A stretch of DNA of 64,000 nucleotides from the NCBI GenBank assembly GCA_963745025.1, contig CAVUWD010000002.1, positions 192,001 to 256,000 on the forward strand, in the 5' to 3' direction. Numbering within the stretch: position 1 is the first letter of the stretch; every line of letters starts with the position of its first letter. The position numbers were made by a program, and so were the translations under genes. The notes below the pieces were generated by a model, which was not told where the DNA came from, made no database searches, and saw only the letters and a program-made list of their open reading frames with translations. Of the stretch, positions 30,082 through 41,773 are shown piece by piece. The stretch is from an uncultured delta proteobacterium. Lineage in GTDB: Bacteria; Desulfobacterota; Binatia; JACPRU01.

Positions 30082-31449
30082 GTGGATCAGTCCTCTGCGA
30101 AGGTGCCCCCGCACAGCCTCGAGGCCGAGGCGGCGGTGCTCGGCGGCATCCTTCTCGACAACACGGCGCTTGACCGCGTCGCCGAGCACGTTTCAGCGGA
30201 GGACTTCTACCGCGAAGCGCACCGCAAGATTTTCCGAGCGGCGTCCGAGCTCTCGCAACGCTCCGAGCCGATCGATCTGCTGACGCTCACCGAGGCGCTC
30301 AAGACGCGCGGCGAGCTGGCCGAGGTCGGAGGCGCCGCATACGTCAGCGAGCTGGCCGATCGCGCCCTCTCGGCCGCCAACATTCAGTACCACGCGCGGA
30401 TCATCCGCGAGAAGGCGATTCTGCGCGGGCTGATCGCCACGGCCTCCGAAATCGTCTCCCGCGGCTACGAGGCGCGCGAGGAAGTCGCCCGCTTCGTCGA
30501 CGAGGCGGAGCAGGCGATCTACCAGATCGCCGAGAAGAAGACGCGCGGCGCGTTCACGCGCGTAGGCGACATGATCACCGAGACCTTCCGCCACATCGAG
30601 CAGCTGTACGAGCGGAAGGAGATGGTGACCGGCGTGGCCACTGGATTCACCGATCTCGATCGCATGACCGCCGGCCTCCAGCCCTCCGACTTGATCATCG
30701 TCGCCGGTCGCCCGAGCATGGGCAAGACGAGCTTCTGTCTGAACATCGCCGAGCACGTGGCGATCGAAAACGGGACCGGCGTCGCGGTGTTCTCGCTCGA
30801 GATGTCGAAGGAGCAGCTCGTGTTGCGCATGCTCTGCTCGCAGGCGCGCGTCGACCTCTCCAAGGTACGCACCGGGTTCCTGGCGCAGAAGGATTTTCCG
30901 CGCCTGGCGGAGGCGGCGGGGCGGATCCACGACGCGCCGATCTACGTCGACGACACGCCGGCGCTGTCGGCCCTGGAGCTGCGGGCCAAAGCGCGTCGGT
31001 TGAAGCGAGACAAGGACGCGAAGCTCGGGCTCATCATCGTCGATTATCTGCAGCTCATGCGGGGGTCCGGCGCGCGCGACGACAGCCGGGAGCAAGAGAT
31101 CTCGCAGATCTCAGGGTCGCTGAAGGCGCTGGCCAAGGAGCTTCGCCTCCCCGTCATCGCCCTGTCGCAGCTGAACCGCCAGGTCGAGGGGCGCAATCCG
31201 CCGAAGCCGCGCATGGCGGACCTACGCGAATCGGGCGCCATCGAACAGGACGCCGACGTGATCGCGTTCATCTACCGTGACGAGCTCTACAATCCGCAAA
31301 GCCGCGACCAAGGTGTGGCCGAGATCATCATCGCCAAGCAGCGGAATGGTCCCGTAGGCGACGTTCGTCTTGCCTTCCGCAGCGAGTACACCCGCTTCGA
31401 GAACTTCGAGGAAGCGCTTCCCGACTTGTCCGCCGACGGCCAGGCCTGA
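30082..31449 (+). CDS. dnaB: Replicative DNA helicase
   Basis: PPHSLEAE, GRPSMGKT, FSLEM, IVDYLQLM, LSQLNR, DLRESGAIEQDAD, KQRNGP. Confidence 0.97.
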   Translation: MDQSSAKVPPHSLEAEAAVLGGILLDNTALDRVAEHVSAEDFYREAHRKIFRAASELSQRSEPIDLLTLTEALKTRGELAEVGGAAYVSELADRALSAANIQYHARIIREKAILRGLIATASEIVSRGYEAREEVARFVDEAEQAIYQIAEKKTRGAFTRVGDMITETFRHIEQLYERKEMVTGVATGFTDLDRMTAGLQPSDLIIVAGRPSMGKTSFCLNIAEHVAIENGTGVAVFSLEMSKEQLVLRMLCSQARVDLSKVRTGFLAQKDFPRLAEAAGRIHDAPIYVDDTPALSALELRAKARRLKRDKDAKLGLIIVDYLQLMRGSGARDDSREQEISQISGSLKALAKELRLPVIALSQLNRQVEGRNPPKPRMADLRESGAIEQDADVIAFIYRDELYNPQSRDQGVAEIIIAKQRNGPVGDVRLAFRSEYTRFENFEEALPDLSADGQA

Positions 31450-31500
31450 GGCCTCGGAGAGTGGCCGTGGCGGCCCCGCGGACTCCAGGACACGCGACGC

Positions 31501-31701
31501 GAGAGTCGATCGAGAGAGCCACCCCAGCCGCCTGGATGGAGCTCCCGCACGGCCGCAGTCGGAAATCGCTCGTGCGTCAGCGACACTTCCGTCCCCGGGT
31601 CACGGCTGCGAGACTCCAACGTGCCCCGCGTCTCGCCGACGTCCTCGCCGTGCTCCCATCGCCAGGTGGAAACCGGACGCTCCGGAGGCCGGACCTCGGG
31701 A
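31501..31701 (-). pseudogene. C-terminal remnant of an SRPBCC/AHSA1-domain gene
   Basis: Frame with no convincing start reads EVRPPERPVSTWRWE..ETRGTLE..GTEVSLTHERF..H.GGWGGSLDRL. Confidence 0.65.
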
Positions 31702-32349
31702 TCAGCCCTGAAACATCGCGCGTTCTTCGGAGATGAGCGGGCGGAACGAAGGACGCTCGTGGACGGCTGCCAGATAGGCCGCGAGCTTCGGCCAGCGCTT
31801 GGTGTCGACGCCGAAACCGCAGTGGAACAGGTTCACGAACTGCGACGCCACGCCGATGTCGCCCACCGTGAACTGCTTACCGACGAGCGTGCTCGCTCCC
31901 GGCGCGAGCTGACTCTCGAGATAGTCGAACATCGGTGGGAGCTCCTCCTCGACCGCCTTCTTGACCACGGCCTCGTCGGTCTTCTGATTGAAGAAGCGCG
32001 GCCCGACGACTTTCTGGAAGAAGATCTTCGGACCGATGATCGTGACGAGGCCCCCGTCGGCATACTCCTCGAACCATAGCGCCCGGGCATACTCGTATGG
32101 ATCCGAGGGGTAGAGGGGTGGATTCGGGTGAATGCGCTCCAGGTATGCGATGATGACGGAGGAGTCGGCGAGGGTGGTGTCGCCGTCGCGGAATGCCGGT
32201 ACCTTTCCGAGCGGGCTGATCTTGCGGAACTCCGGCGAGACGTTGACGGGGATCACCGGATCGAGGTCGTAGGGGATTCCCTTTTCCGCAAACGCGACTC
32301 GAACCTTGCGCACGAAGGGCGAGAGCGAAATTCCATAGACGGTCGGCAT
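31702..32349 (-). CDS. Glutathione S-transferase family protein
   Basis: SPFVRKV, SPLGKVP, LADSSVIIAYL, FTVGDI. Confidence 0.93.
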   Translation of the reverse strand: MPTVYGISLSPFVRKVRVAFAEKGIPYDLDPVIPVNVSPEFRKISPLGKVPAFRDGDTTLADSSVIIAYLERIHPNPPLYPSDPYEYARALWFEEYADGGLVTIIGPKIFFQKVVGPRFFNQKTDEAVVKKAVEEELPPMFDYLESQLAPGASTLVGKQFTVGDIGVASQFVNLFHCGFGVDTKRWPKLAAYLAAVHERPSFRPLISEERAMFQG

Positions 32350-32398
32350 ATCGATCTCCTTTTCGCGAAGTCGGTGGCTCGGCGAGCCGTGGCAATGG

Positions 32399-32440
32399 TT
32401 AACCCATGGGTTAAGTACGTGGCGGGGCAGCTCGAGTCAA
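32399..32440 (-). promoter_or_regulatory. GST promoter with perfect 16-bp operator palindrome
   Basis: TTAACCCATGGGTTAA at 32399-32414 overlaps the -10 position of TTGACT-N17-TACTTA on the minus strand. Confidence 0.65.
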
Positions 32441-33062
32441 GGGAAGTCGAGGAGCCTTCGCAAGGTCGTCACACTCGCGGTCACGTCCGCGACGTCGCGG
32501 AGCGCCGAGATCATTGCCACGGCATCCGCGCCGGCGTCGAGGGCGCTCCGCGCATTCGTTCGATCGATGCCGCCGATCGCTACGATCGGCACGGCAACGG
32601 CGCTACGGACCTCGCGCAAGCCGTCGATGCCGCGCGCACGATAACCGGTTGCCTTGGTCGCGGTCGGGAACAGAGGACCGAAGCCGATGTAGTCGGCGCC
32701 TGCCGCTTCGGCCGCACGCGCCTGCGCGAGGTCGTGGGTCGAAACGCCGATCCAGCGCTCGTCGCCGAGCAGGCGACGCGCGGCCGCGAGCGGAAGATCC
32801 TCCTGACCGACATGGACACCGTCGGCCGCGCAGGCGAGCGCGACGTCGACTCGGTCGTTGACGAAGAAGAGGGCTCCGTGCGCGGCGGCGAGCCGGCGGC
32901 ACGTCATGGCGGCCGCGAGCAGCGGGCCCGTCGGCGCGCGCTTCCAGCGAAGCTGCACGATGGCGGTCCCGCCGGCGAGAAGCTCCTGGGTCAGCTCGAC
33001 GGGATCACGGTCTCCCTCGCCGGGATCGGCGATCGCGTAGAGTCGCGACGGTAAGCGCAGCC

Positions 33063-33066
<4 letters not shown>
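32437..33066 (-). CDS. thiE: Thiamine-phosphate synthase
   Basis: VQLRWK, VNDRVDVA, GVHVGQED, GVSTH, FPTATK, AIGGI. ATGA overlap with the ntrC stop. Confidence 0.93.
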
Positions 33067-34492
<1,426 letters not shown>

Positions 34493-34496
<4 letters not shown>

Positions 34497-35653
34497 GTGC
34501 GGCTCGTGTCCCGGGTGGCCTCGTCCCACGCGGGCAGGAAGATGCGGAAGAGCGTTCGGCCGGGCTCGCTTTCGAACCGAATCGTGCCGCCGTGATCACT
34601 GACGATTCGCTGGCAGATCGCCAAACCGAGGCCGGTTCCCTTCGCCTTCGTGGTGACGAAGGGCGAAAACAGGTTCGGCTGGACCTCGGGCGGAACTCCG
34701 GGGCCGCTATCTTCCACGTCCACGCGGAGCAGACGCACCCGCCCTTGCTCGCGTAAGGGTTGCGGCGCGAAATGATAGTCGGTCTCCATGCGGGTGGTGA
34801 GGCGGATGTCGCGCGGTCTTCCGGCCGGCGATTCCGCGACGGCCTGCAGCGCATTCTGAACCAGGTTCAGGACGAGCTGCGTCAGCGCATCGGGGTCGCC
34901 GCGGACCTCGGGAAGACTCGGATCGAAGAAGCGAAGGATGCGTGTCTCGGCCCGCCGCGCGGCGTCCTCGACGAGCGCGATCACGTGATCGATCACGCGG
35001 TGGATGTTCACGGGCTGCGGCGTGAATGCCCCACGCGGGCGGAGCTCGAGAAGCTGTCCGAGCAGCTTCGAGAGCCGGTCCACCTCCCGCAGTACCAGGT
35101 CGATGTACTCCTTGGCCGTCGGGTGCGGGCCGATCTCCCCGGCTAGGAGCTGAACGGCGCCGCGGATACCGCCGAGCGGGTTGCGAATCTCGTGTGCGAG
35201 TCCCGCGACCAGGACGCCGAGCTGCGCCAGGCTTTGCGCCCTCCGGACATCGGTCTCGAGGTTCCGTTGCAGCGTGAGGTCCCGGAGGATGAGTGCCGCG
35301 CCGGAACGATGCGCTTCGGTGTCGAAGATCGCCGAGGCGGTGGCGCGAACCGGGATCGGCTTCTGCCACAGGCCGAGGATCGCGCCTTCGGCCGAGACGC
35401 TGCCCGGCTTACCCCGAGCTACGGCTTCGACGAGCGCGCTCACCCAGCGGGCGTCTTTGAAGACCTCCGAGTGATGGCGCCCGCGCGTCGCGCCGAGCGA
35501 GCAAGCGGTCAGCTGCTCGGCCGCCTGGTTCATCGACAGGATGCGGCCGGCGTCGTCGATGCCGATCACCCCTTCCTCGAGGCTCTCGATGATCTGGCTC
35601 CAGCGGTCGTCCGGGGGATCGGCGTCGGCAGGTGCGCCCTTTTCCTTCGCCAT
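34493..35653 (-). CDS. ntrB: PAS sensor histidine kinase, NtrB-like
   Basis: AHEIRNPLGGIRGAVQLL (NtrB-type H box), FDPSLP, NLVQNA, DSGPG, GTGLGL. Start could be 35716. Confidence 0.82.
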
Positions 35654-35712
35654 CGGGTGGAGGACGGATAACACGGCCCGACGCGCAGGGATAGGACGGT
35701 CCCCGTTGGACC

Positions 35713-36096
35713 TCAATCGTCGGAGGGCTCGTCGCCGCCCTCGGCGGTCTCGAGGTCGCCGCCGCCCTCGTCCGGCATTTTGCCGGCCTCCATCTCGTCG
35801 ACCATCTCGTCGAATTCGCCGCCGCCGAACTCGTCGCCCATCTCTTTGCCCATCTTGCGCATCCAGCGGGCCATGCTACGGGGATCGCTCTCGTCGAGCC
35901 CGGAGAGGTTCGATGGGTCGGCGAGCGAGTCGAGCCGGGATTCCTCCGAGCGGGTCATCGCGAATCGCGAGAGCAGACGCGTGAGGCGGGTCGAGCCGCA
36001 GTGCTCGCAGCGCTCGTCAACCTTCTCGCTGACACGTAGCGTGAGGATCGACACCTTCTTGCGACAGTGGTTGCAGCGGTATTCGTAGATCGGCAT
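35713..36096 (-). CDS. FmdB-family zinc-ribbon protein
   Basis: MPIYEYRCNHC...CEHCGS followed by an acidic tail. Confidence 0.88.
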   Translation of the reverse strand: MPIYEYRCNHCRKKVSILTLRVSEKVDERCEHCGSTRLTRLLSRFAMTRSEESRLDSLADPSNLSGLDESDPRSMARWMRKMGKEMGDEFGGGEFDEMVDEMEAGKMPDEGGGDLETAEGGDEPSDD

Positions 36097-36103
36097 CGTG
36101 CGA

Positions 36104-36109
36104 ATTATA
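36104..36109 (-). promoter_or_regulatory. Consensus -10 box 7 nt before ATG (probable leaderless transcript)
   Basis: TATAAT-TCGCACG-ATG with no Shine-Dalgarno sequence. Confidence 0.6.
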
Positions 36110-36204
36110 GCCCCGACGTGAGCAGAGTGGGAGGGGAGGCTCGCGTGGGCAGCGGGTCACCGAAGGTGACACCCTCTCTCCGCTCGGGTACTATTGCGCG
36201 CCCT

Positions 36205-36526
36205 ATGCGCGGTGTGCGTCACTGGCTGCTGGCAGCATCGCTCTGCGTCGCGCCTGCCATGGCGGCGGTGACCGACACAGATCTCGAGGGTTTGTGCGCC
36301 TACGTCGCGGGGCGTTCTGACGAGGCGGCCGTCGGTCTCAAACAGTCGATTCGCGAACGGTCCCAGAGCGGGGGCGAGACGCAAGCAGGCAAAACCGTTC
36401 CAAAGGTGTCCGCCGAGTGGGCCCGAGGCAGCTCGACAAGCGGAACATGAGACGTTGGGCATCCGCCGCGAGGTCGCGAGTCCCGTGATCAAGGGCTGGA
36501 TGGAAGAGGAAATGCCTCTCAAATGA
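36205..36526 (+). CDS. Small secreted hypothetical protein, probably frameshifted near 36425
   Basis: Signal peptide MRGVRHWLLAASLCVAPAMA. A shifted frame ends ...WMEEEMPLK* with an ATGA overlap on the next gene. Confidence 0.5.
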
Positions 36527-37110
36527 AGCGCGAAACGCGGCAAACCGTAGTGGATTTCCTCGAGCGCGAGATAGGGCGGCGAACGCTGCTTCGTGGCACC
36601 GCTTCGGGGTTGCTGCTAGTCGCCGTGGCGGCGTTCCTGCCGAGCGGGTGCCGCGGGTATCCCGAACCAGCGGTTCCGCTCCGTTTCTTCTCCAACGAAG
36701 AATACGCGATCTTCCAGGCCGTTGCCCGGGCGATTCTCGGCCTCGAGGACGAGTCGACGGACGTTGCGGCCGAAGTCGATCATCTGATCTCAGGGATGAG
36801 CTCCGGCGTGAAGCGCGACATTCACTGGATGCTGCGGATCTTCGAGCACGGCACACACCTCTTCGATCTCAAGGGCAGGCGCTTCACGCGCCTGGCGCGC
36901 TCCGATCAGGAGCAGTATCTGCGCGGCTGGATGCAGAGCTCGCTCGGCGCGCGCCGGATCGTCTTTCGGGCTCTCAAGCTGCTCGCCTCCCTCGGCTACT
37001 ACGGGTTGCCGAACACCTGGAACGCGATCGGCTACGATGGGCCGTGGCTAGGGCGGCGACCCGAGGAACACCGCTTCACCTACGAGAAGGCGACGCCGTT
37101 CGTCTCGTGA
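36523..37110 (+). CDS. Gluconate 2-dehydrogenase subunit-3-like protein, putative Tat lipoprotein
   Basis: GRRTLL twin-Arg motif, lipobox PSGC, RFTRL...YL.GW, GYY...WNAIGYDGP. Confidence 0.75.
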   Translation: MKRETRQTVVDFLEREIGRRTLLRGTASGLLLVAVAAFLPSGCRGYPEPAVPLRFFSNEEYAIFQAVARAILGLEDESTDVAAEVDHLISGMSSGVKRDIHWMLRIFEHGTHLFDLKGRRFTRLARSDQEQYLRGWMQSSLGARRIVFRALKLLASLGYYGLPNTWNAIGYDGPWLGRRPEEHRFTYEKATPFVS

Positions 37111-37117
37111 TGCGGCA

Positions 37118-38632
37118 ATGATTTTCGAGACCTCGACGGTGCATGGCGACGTGACGCTTTCTGGCGACGTCTGTGTCGTCGGATCCGGCGCCGGCGGGTC
37201 GGTGGTGGCCGCCGAGCTCGCCGCGGGAGGCAAGTCGGTCATTCTCCTCGAAGAAGGGCACTACTGGACGAGCGACGATTTCACGCAGCGCGAGGAGGAA
37301 ATGTACCCCCGGCTGTACCGCGAGCGGGGCACCAAGCCGACGGCGGACTATACGGTGCTGGTGTCGCAGGGCCGAGCGCTCGGCGGCTCGACGCTCGCCA
37401 GCTTCTGCCTGTGCTTCCGCGCGCCGCATCAGATTCTCGCTCACTGGGCGGAGCGCTTCGGGCTCGCCGAGCTCTCGCACGAGGCGATGTTCCCCTACTT
37501 CGAGCGCGTCGAGCAGCGGATCGGCGTCAAGGACATGGGGCCGGAGCACGCCAACGCGAACAACCGCGTGCTGATGCGCGGTGCCGAGCGGCTCGGCTTC
37601 CGTGGCCGGTTCATGAAACACAACCGCACGGATTGCCTCGGATGCGGCTACTGCGCGATCGGCTGCGCCTACGATCGTAAGGGTGATGCGCTCACCACCT
37701 ATCTAGCCATGGCCTCGAAGGCGGGGGCGCGGATCGTTCCGGACGTACACGTTGACACGGTGCGGCACGAACACGGCGCCGTCGCGGGTGTGACAGGGCA
37801 GTTCCTCCGTTCGAAGAGCCGCAAACGATTCGCGCTCCGCGTCGACGCGCGGACGGTGGTGCTCGCCGCCGGGGCGCTGGAATCACCGATGCTCTGGTTC
37901 CGCTCCCGCCTTCCCGATCCGAATCGACTCGCGGGGCGGAATCTGCATCTCCATCCCCACGTCGTCGTGGCCGGAGTCTTCGACGAGACGATCGCATTCT
38001 GGCAAGGGATCCCGCAGAGCTACGTCGTCGACGAGTTCCTGAATCTCGACAAGTCCATCGACGGCGGCTACCTGACGGTCGCAGCCGCCGCCCAACCCGT
38101 CGGCGCCGCCGCCTTGCTTCCCGGGCTCGGCCGCGATCACCGCCGCTTGATGGACAGCTACGCTCGAACGGCGGGTATCGCGTGCTTCTTGCACGATCGC
38201 AGCTCCGGACAGGTCACGTCGGATCCGCGGGGTCAGGCGGTGATCGAGTACCGCCTGAACGACGAAGACAAACACGACGTCATGAACGCCATGCGCCGGT
38301 CGTGCGAGATCCTGTTCGCGGCAGGGGCGACGTCCGTGGTCCTGCCGTACAACGATCTCGTCGAGATTCACCGGCGGCCGGCCATCAAAGTGATCGAGGA
38401 GCGAGGGATCCTCGCCAACGATCCGCTGTTTCTATCCTTTCATCCGCAAGGCACGCTTCCGATGGGACGCGACGCCCGGGCGTCCGTGGTGGATTCCTTC
38501 GGAGCGGCGCATGGAATCAAAGGCCTCTACGTCGCCGATGCGAGCGTGTTTCCGACCTCGGTCGCGGTGCCGCCGCAGATCACCGTGATGGCGCTGGCGA
38601 CCCGAACGGCCGAGCGAATCCTCCGAGCCTGA
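37118..38632 (+). CDS. GMC family flavoprotein oxidoreductase
   Basis: VGSGAGG, GRALGGST, CLGCGYCAIGC, NLHLHP, FHPQGT, VADASVFPT. Confidence 0.9.
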   Translation: MIFETSTVHGDVTLSGDVCVVGSGAGGSVVAAELAAGGKSVILLEEGHYWTSDDFTQREEEMYPRLYRERGTKPTADYTVLVSQGRALGGSTLASFCLCFRAPHQILAHWAERFGLAELSHEAMFPYFERVEQRIGVKDMGPEHANANNRVLMRGAERLGFRGRFMKHNRTDCLGCGYCAIGCAYDRKGDALTTYLAMASKAGARIVPDVHVDTVRHEHGAVAGVTGQFLRSKSRKRFALRVDARTVVLAAGALESPMLWFRSRLPDPNRLAGRNLHLHPHVVVAGVFDETIAFWQGIPQSYVVDEFLNLDKSIDGGYLTVAAAAQPVGAAALLPGLGRDHRRLMDSYARTAGIACFLHDRSSGQVTSDPRGQAVIEYRLNDEDKHDVMNAMRRSCEILFAAGATSVVLPYNDLVEIHRRPAIKVIEERGILANDPLFLSFHPQGTLPMGRDARASVVDSFGAAHGIKGLYVADASVFPTSVAVPPQITVMALATRTAERILRA

Positions 38633-38774
38633 GCGCTGGGAGCGTGCGCCACGGATCGCTCCCGTTGGGCGCGATCAAAGGGAATGCAACATCCTGCCGA
38701 GCTAGGAGACTGCGCCACAGATCGCTCCCGTTGGTCGCGAACCGGCTCCGGCCAGGCAACCTACCGAGGCTAGC
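38631..38774 (-). repeat. Family-2 REP-like tandem (two units)
   Basis: Reverse complement reads CTAGC(C)TCGGYAG...TCGCGMCCAACGGGAGCGATCYGTGGCGCA twice. Confidence 0.88.
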
Positions 38775-38990
38775 CCGACGCGGCTGAGGCGCGCGCGAGA
38801 GGTGGTGCCGAAAGAGGCGTCTCAAGCCGCTCGCGCCGCGCGGGCGGCCGGTATCTCGGCATCGGCAGGTTCGTCGAGCGGATTGGCGCCGCCACGGATG
38901 GACAAAGGTCGACCTTGCCGATTTCTTCCTGGATCTCGAGCGGGTCTTCGGGCACGTTCAGCGCTGGCGGGGCAGGGGCATCGCGGGCTT

Positions 38991-39060
38991 CGGCTACCGG
39001 CTTCAGGCTGCCGACAAAACGTCGCGGGGGCTCTTGCGGTGCCGGTAGTCGGTCGCCGGT
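38991..39060. repeat. Family-3 inverted heptamer array, degenerate
   Basis: CGGCTACCGGCTTCAGGCTGCC...GGTGCCGGTAGTCGGTCGCCG abutting the spoVR stop. Confidence 0.7.
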
Positions 39061-40513
39061 CAGCTCTTGAGAGATTTGGTGGACATCCCCCGATCGTTGA
39101 ACGCGAGCAGCATCCGCTTGCCGCCGATCACGGTTTCGACCGCTACCTCGCGACCCCAGAGACGGTACAGGTAGGCGAGCGTCCGTTCCGCGTACTCGAG
39201 CTGGAGGTCGCGGCCGTCGTGGTCGTGCTTCAGATAGAGCGTCGCGGTTGTCGCCGTAGTCGGCGTCTTCGATCTGGATGACCGGCACGCCTCCCATGCC
39301 GACGTTCTTGATCAGCGTCTCCTTGACTTCTTGCCAGCCCTCCTCGTCGGAGACCTCGCGACACGACTAGGTCGTCGCCCTTTGGCTCGTATTGGAAGAG
39401 ATCGAGCTCGCGCATCAGCTCCTCGGTGAGGAAGCGGCGCAGGAAGGACGCGTCGCGGTCGGCCTCGCGGACTTCGAAGAGCTGCTTCGTCCGCTCGCCC
39501 TTCGAGCGATGGAGCTCCCGCGCTCCTCGGGGCTCGGGTCGTCGTAGCGCCGCGTCGATGTCCTCCCAGATCTTGAGGCCGAGGTGGTAGGGATTCAGCC
39601 CGCCGGGATGCGGCCGCACGACCTGGTTGTGGCGCACGAGGAACTCGAGGTGCAGCTCCTGCGGCAGCTCGAGGCGTTCGAGGATCTCGCTTGTGCCAGT
39701 AGCGAGGCCCAGCCCTCGTTCATGATCTTGGTCTCGATCTGCGGGATGAAGTACTGCGCCTCCTCGTGCACGATCGTGAGCAGATCCCGCTCCCATTCGG
39801 CGAGGAACGGGTTGTGGTCGCGGATGAAGAGCAGGAGGTCCTCCTCGGGCGAGGGCGGGACCTTCTGGAGATCGGGCTCCTCGATACTCGCGTCGGCGGT
39901 GGATGCGCTGGAACGGGTCGTCGGCGCGGTCGCGCGGCGTCGAGCAGGCGCTCGCGCTCCTCCTCGCGGTCGAGCTTCTTGATCGCGAGGTTGCGGCGGC
40001 ACTGCAGCGACAGGGCGTGCGCGGCGTCGAGGATCGACTCTCGACCTTGTCGATGCCGATCGACGGATCCTCGACGTAGCGTGCGCACGCGGTCGGCATG
40101 CGCCTTGAACGTCGCCGATCGTGAACTCGGCGCGCGTGCGCTCGAAAGGTGAAGTTGTTCTTGAAGAAGTCGTTGTGCCCGTAGACGTGCGCGATGGTCA
40201 GGATCTGCAGGCAGCAGCGAGTTGTCGCGCATCAGGTAGGCGAGCGCGGGGTTCGAGTTGATCACCATCTCGTACGGGCAGGCCCGAGACGCCGTAGTCG
40301 TAGAGCGTCTTCAGCTTCTCGTAGGACTTGCCGTACGACCAGTGCGGGTAGTGCGACGGCATGCCCGAGTACGCCATGTAGCCGAGCATCTGCGTCGTGG
40401 TCGCAGATCTCGAACTCCTGCGGGTAGCAGTCGAGCCCGAACTCGCTCGACCTTCTCGCGGATCGCGCGCGTCCCAGTACTCGAGGTCCTTCGAGGCGTC
40501 GTAGGTCGGCCAT
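39060..40513 (-). CDS. spoVR: SpoVR/YcgB family protein with many frameshifts
   Basis: [62 protein letters not shown]. Confidence 0.85.
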
Positions 40514-40518
40514 CGGCG

Positions 40519-41737
40519 TCAGCCGTCCTGCTGCCCGCGGTCCTTGGCGAGGAACGCCTTGAAGCTCGGCCAGATGTCTTCCTTGCGCTCGATCAGGACC
40601 GTCTGGAAGTTGTCGGCCTCGAGGCGGCGGAAGATGTTGAGCATCGAGCTCTCGTAGTAGCGCGAGCCGAGCGGCTTGATCTCGCCGTAGCCGAAGAGGT
40701 TGCAGACGTCGGCGAGCTCCTTGCGCGGCGCGCAGCGCCGCCGGGTTGTCGGAGTCGAAGTTGTCGCCGTCGGAGCAGTGGAACGCGTAGATGTTCCAGA
40801 GCGACGGATGGTAGCGCTCCTGGATGATCTCGAGCGCCTTGTTGTAGCCCGACGAGATGAACGTGCCGCCGGATTCGCCCTTGTGGAAGAACTCCTCCTC
40901 GGTGACCTCGTTGGCCTCGGTGTGGTGGGCGATGAAGACGATCTCGACGTTGCGGTACTTGGTGCAGATGAACTGGTAGAGCAGGAAGAAGAAGCTGCGC
41001 GCCAGGTACTTCTTCATCGTGTCCATCGAGCCCGAGGTGTCCATGATGCAGATGACGACGGCGTTCGACTCGCTGCTGCACGTCGGTCGATCGACGTGAC
41101 GGTAGATGAGGTCGTCGTCGTGGAAGGGGAAGCGCTCGGTCGTCGATCGGGCTCGACGTCCGGCGGCGCGCGACTGCGCGCCGCGTCGCCGGCTGGCGCT
41201 TGCGCGCTCGCGCACGGTGCGGCGCTTGTCGAGGCGGACGCGGATGCCGACCGGGCGGTAGCCCTTGCGCTTGGCGAGGCGGTCGCCTCGATCTGGCGCG
41301 AGCGCCTTCCGCTCCAGGTCGGGCAGCTCGAGGTCCTCGAACATGATGTCGATGAGCTCCTCGAGCGTGACGTCGGTCTCGTAGTAGTCGCTGCCCGGCC
41401 TGGTCGCCGGCCTTGTCCTCGCCGCCCTCGCCCTCGCTGCTTGCGCCTTGCCGACCACCTGGCCGGGCTGCGAGTTGCCGTCGCCCTGGCCGACGCCCGG
41501 GCGCGTTGTCGCCGTAGACGAAGCGGTACTCCTGATGCCGCGGATCGGGACCTTGATGACCCGGTCGCGGTCCTTGCCCGATGATCGACTCCTCGGCGAT
41601 GATGTCGGCGATGTTCTCGCGGATCGACTCGCGCACCTTCTGCGCGATGACGCAGCGCGGTCGCCGGCGGAGCGGTCGCTGCGCTCGGCGTCCGACGGCG
41701 CGATACGGGCGGAAGATCGACTCGACGTGCGGCTCAC
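40519..41737 (-). CDS. YeaH/YhbH (DUF444, vWA-like) protein with frameshifts
   Basis: SNAVVICIMDTSGSM, FIAHHTEA, GESGGT, WNIYAFHCSDGDN. Confidence 0.85.
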
Positions 41738-41773
41738 GGGCGGGCGGCTGCAGCGGCCGGCCGCCGCGGCCGG

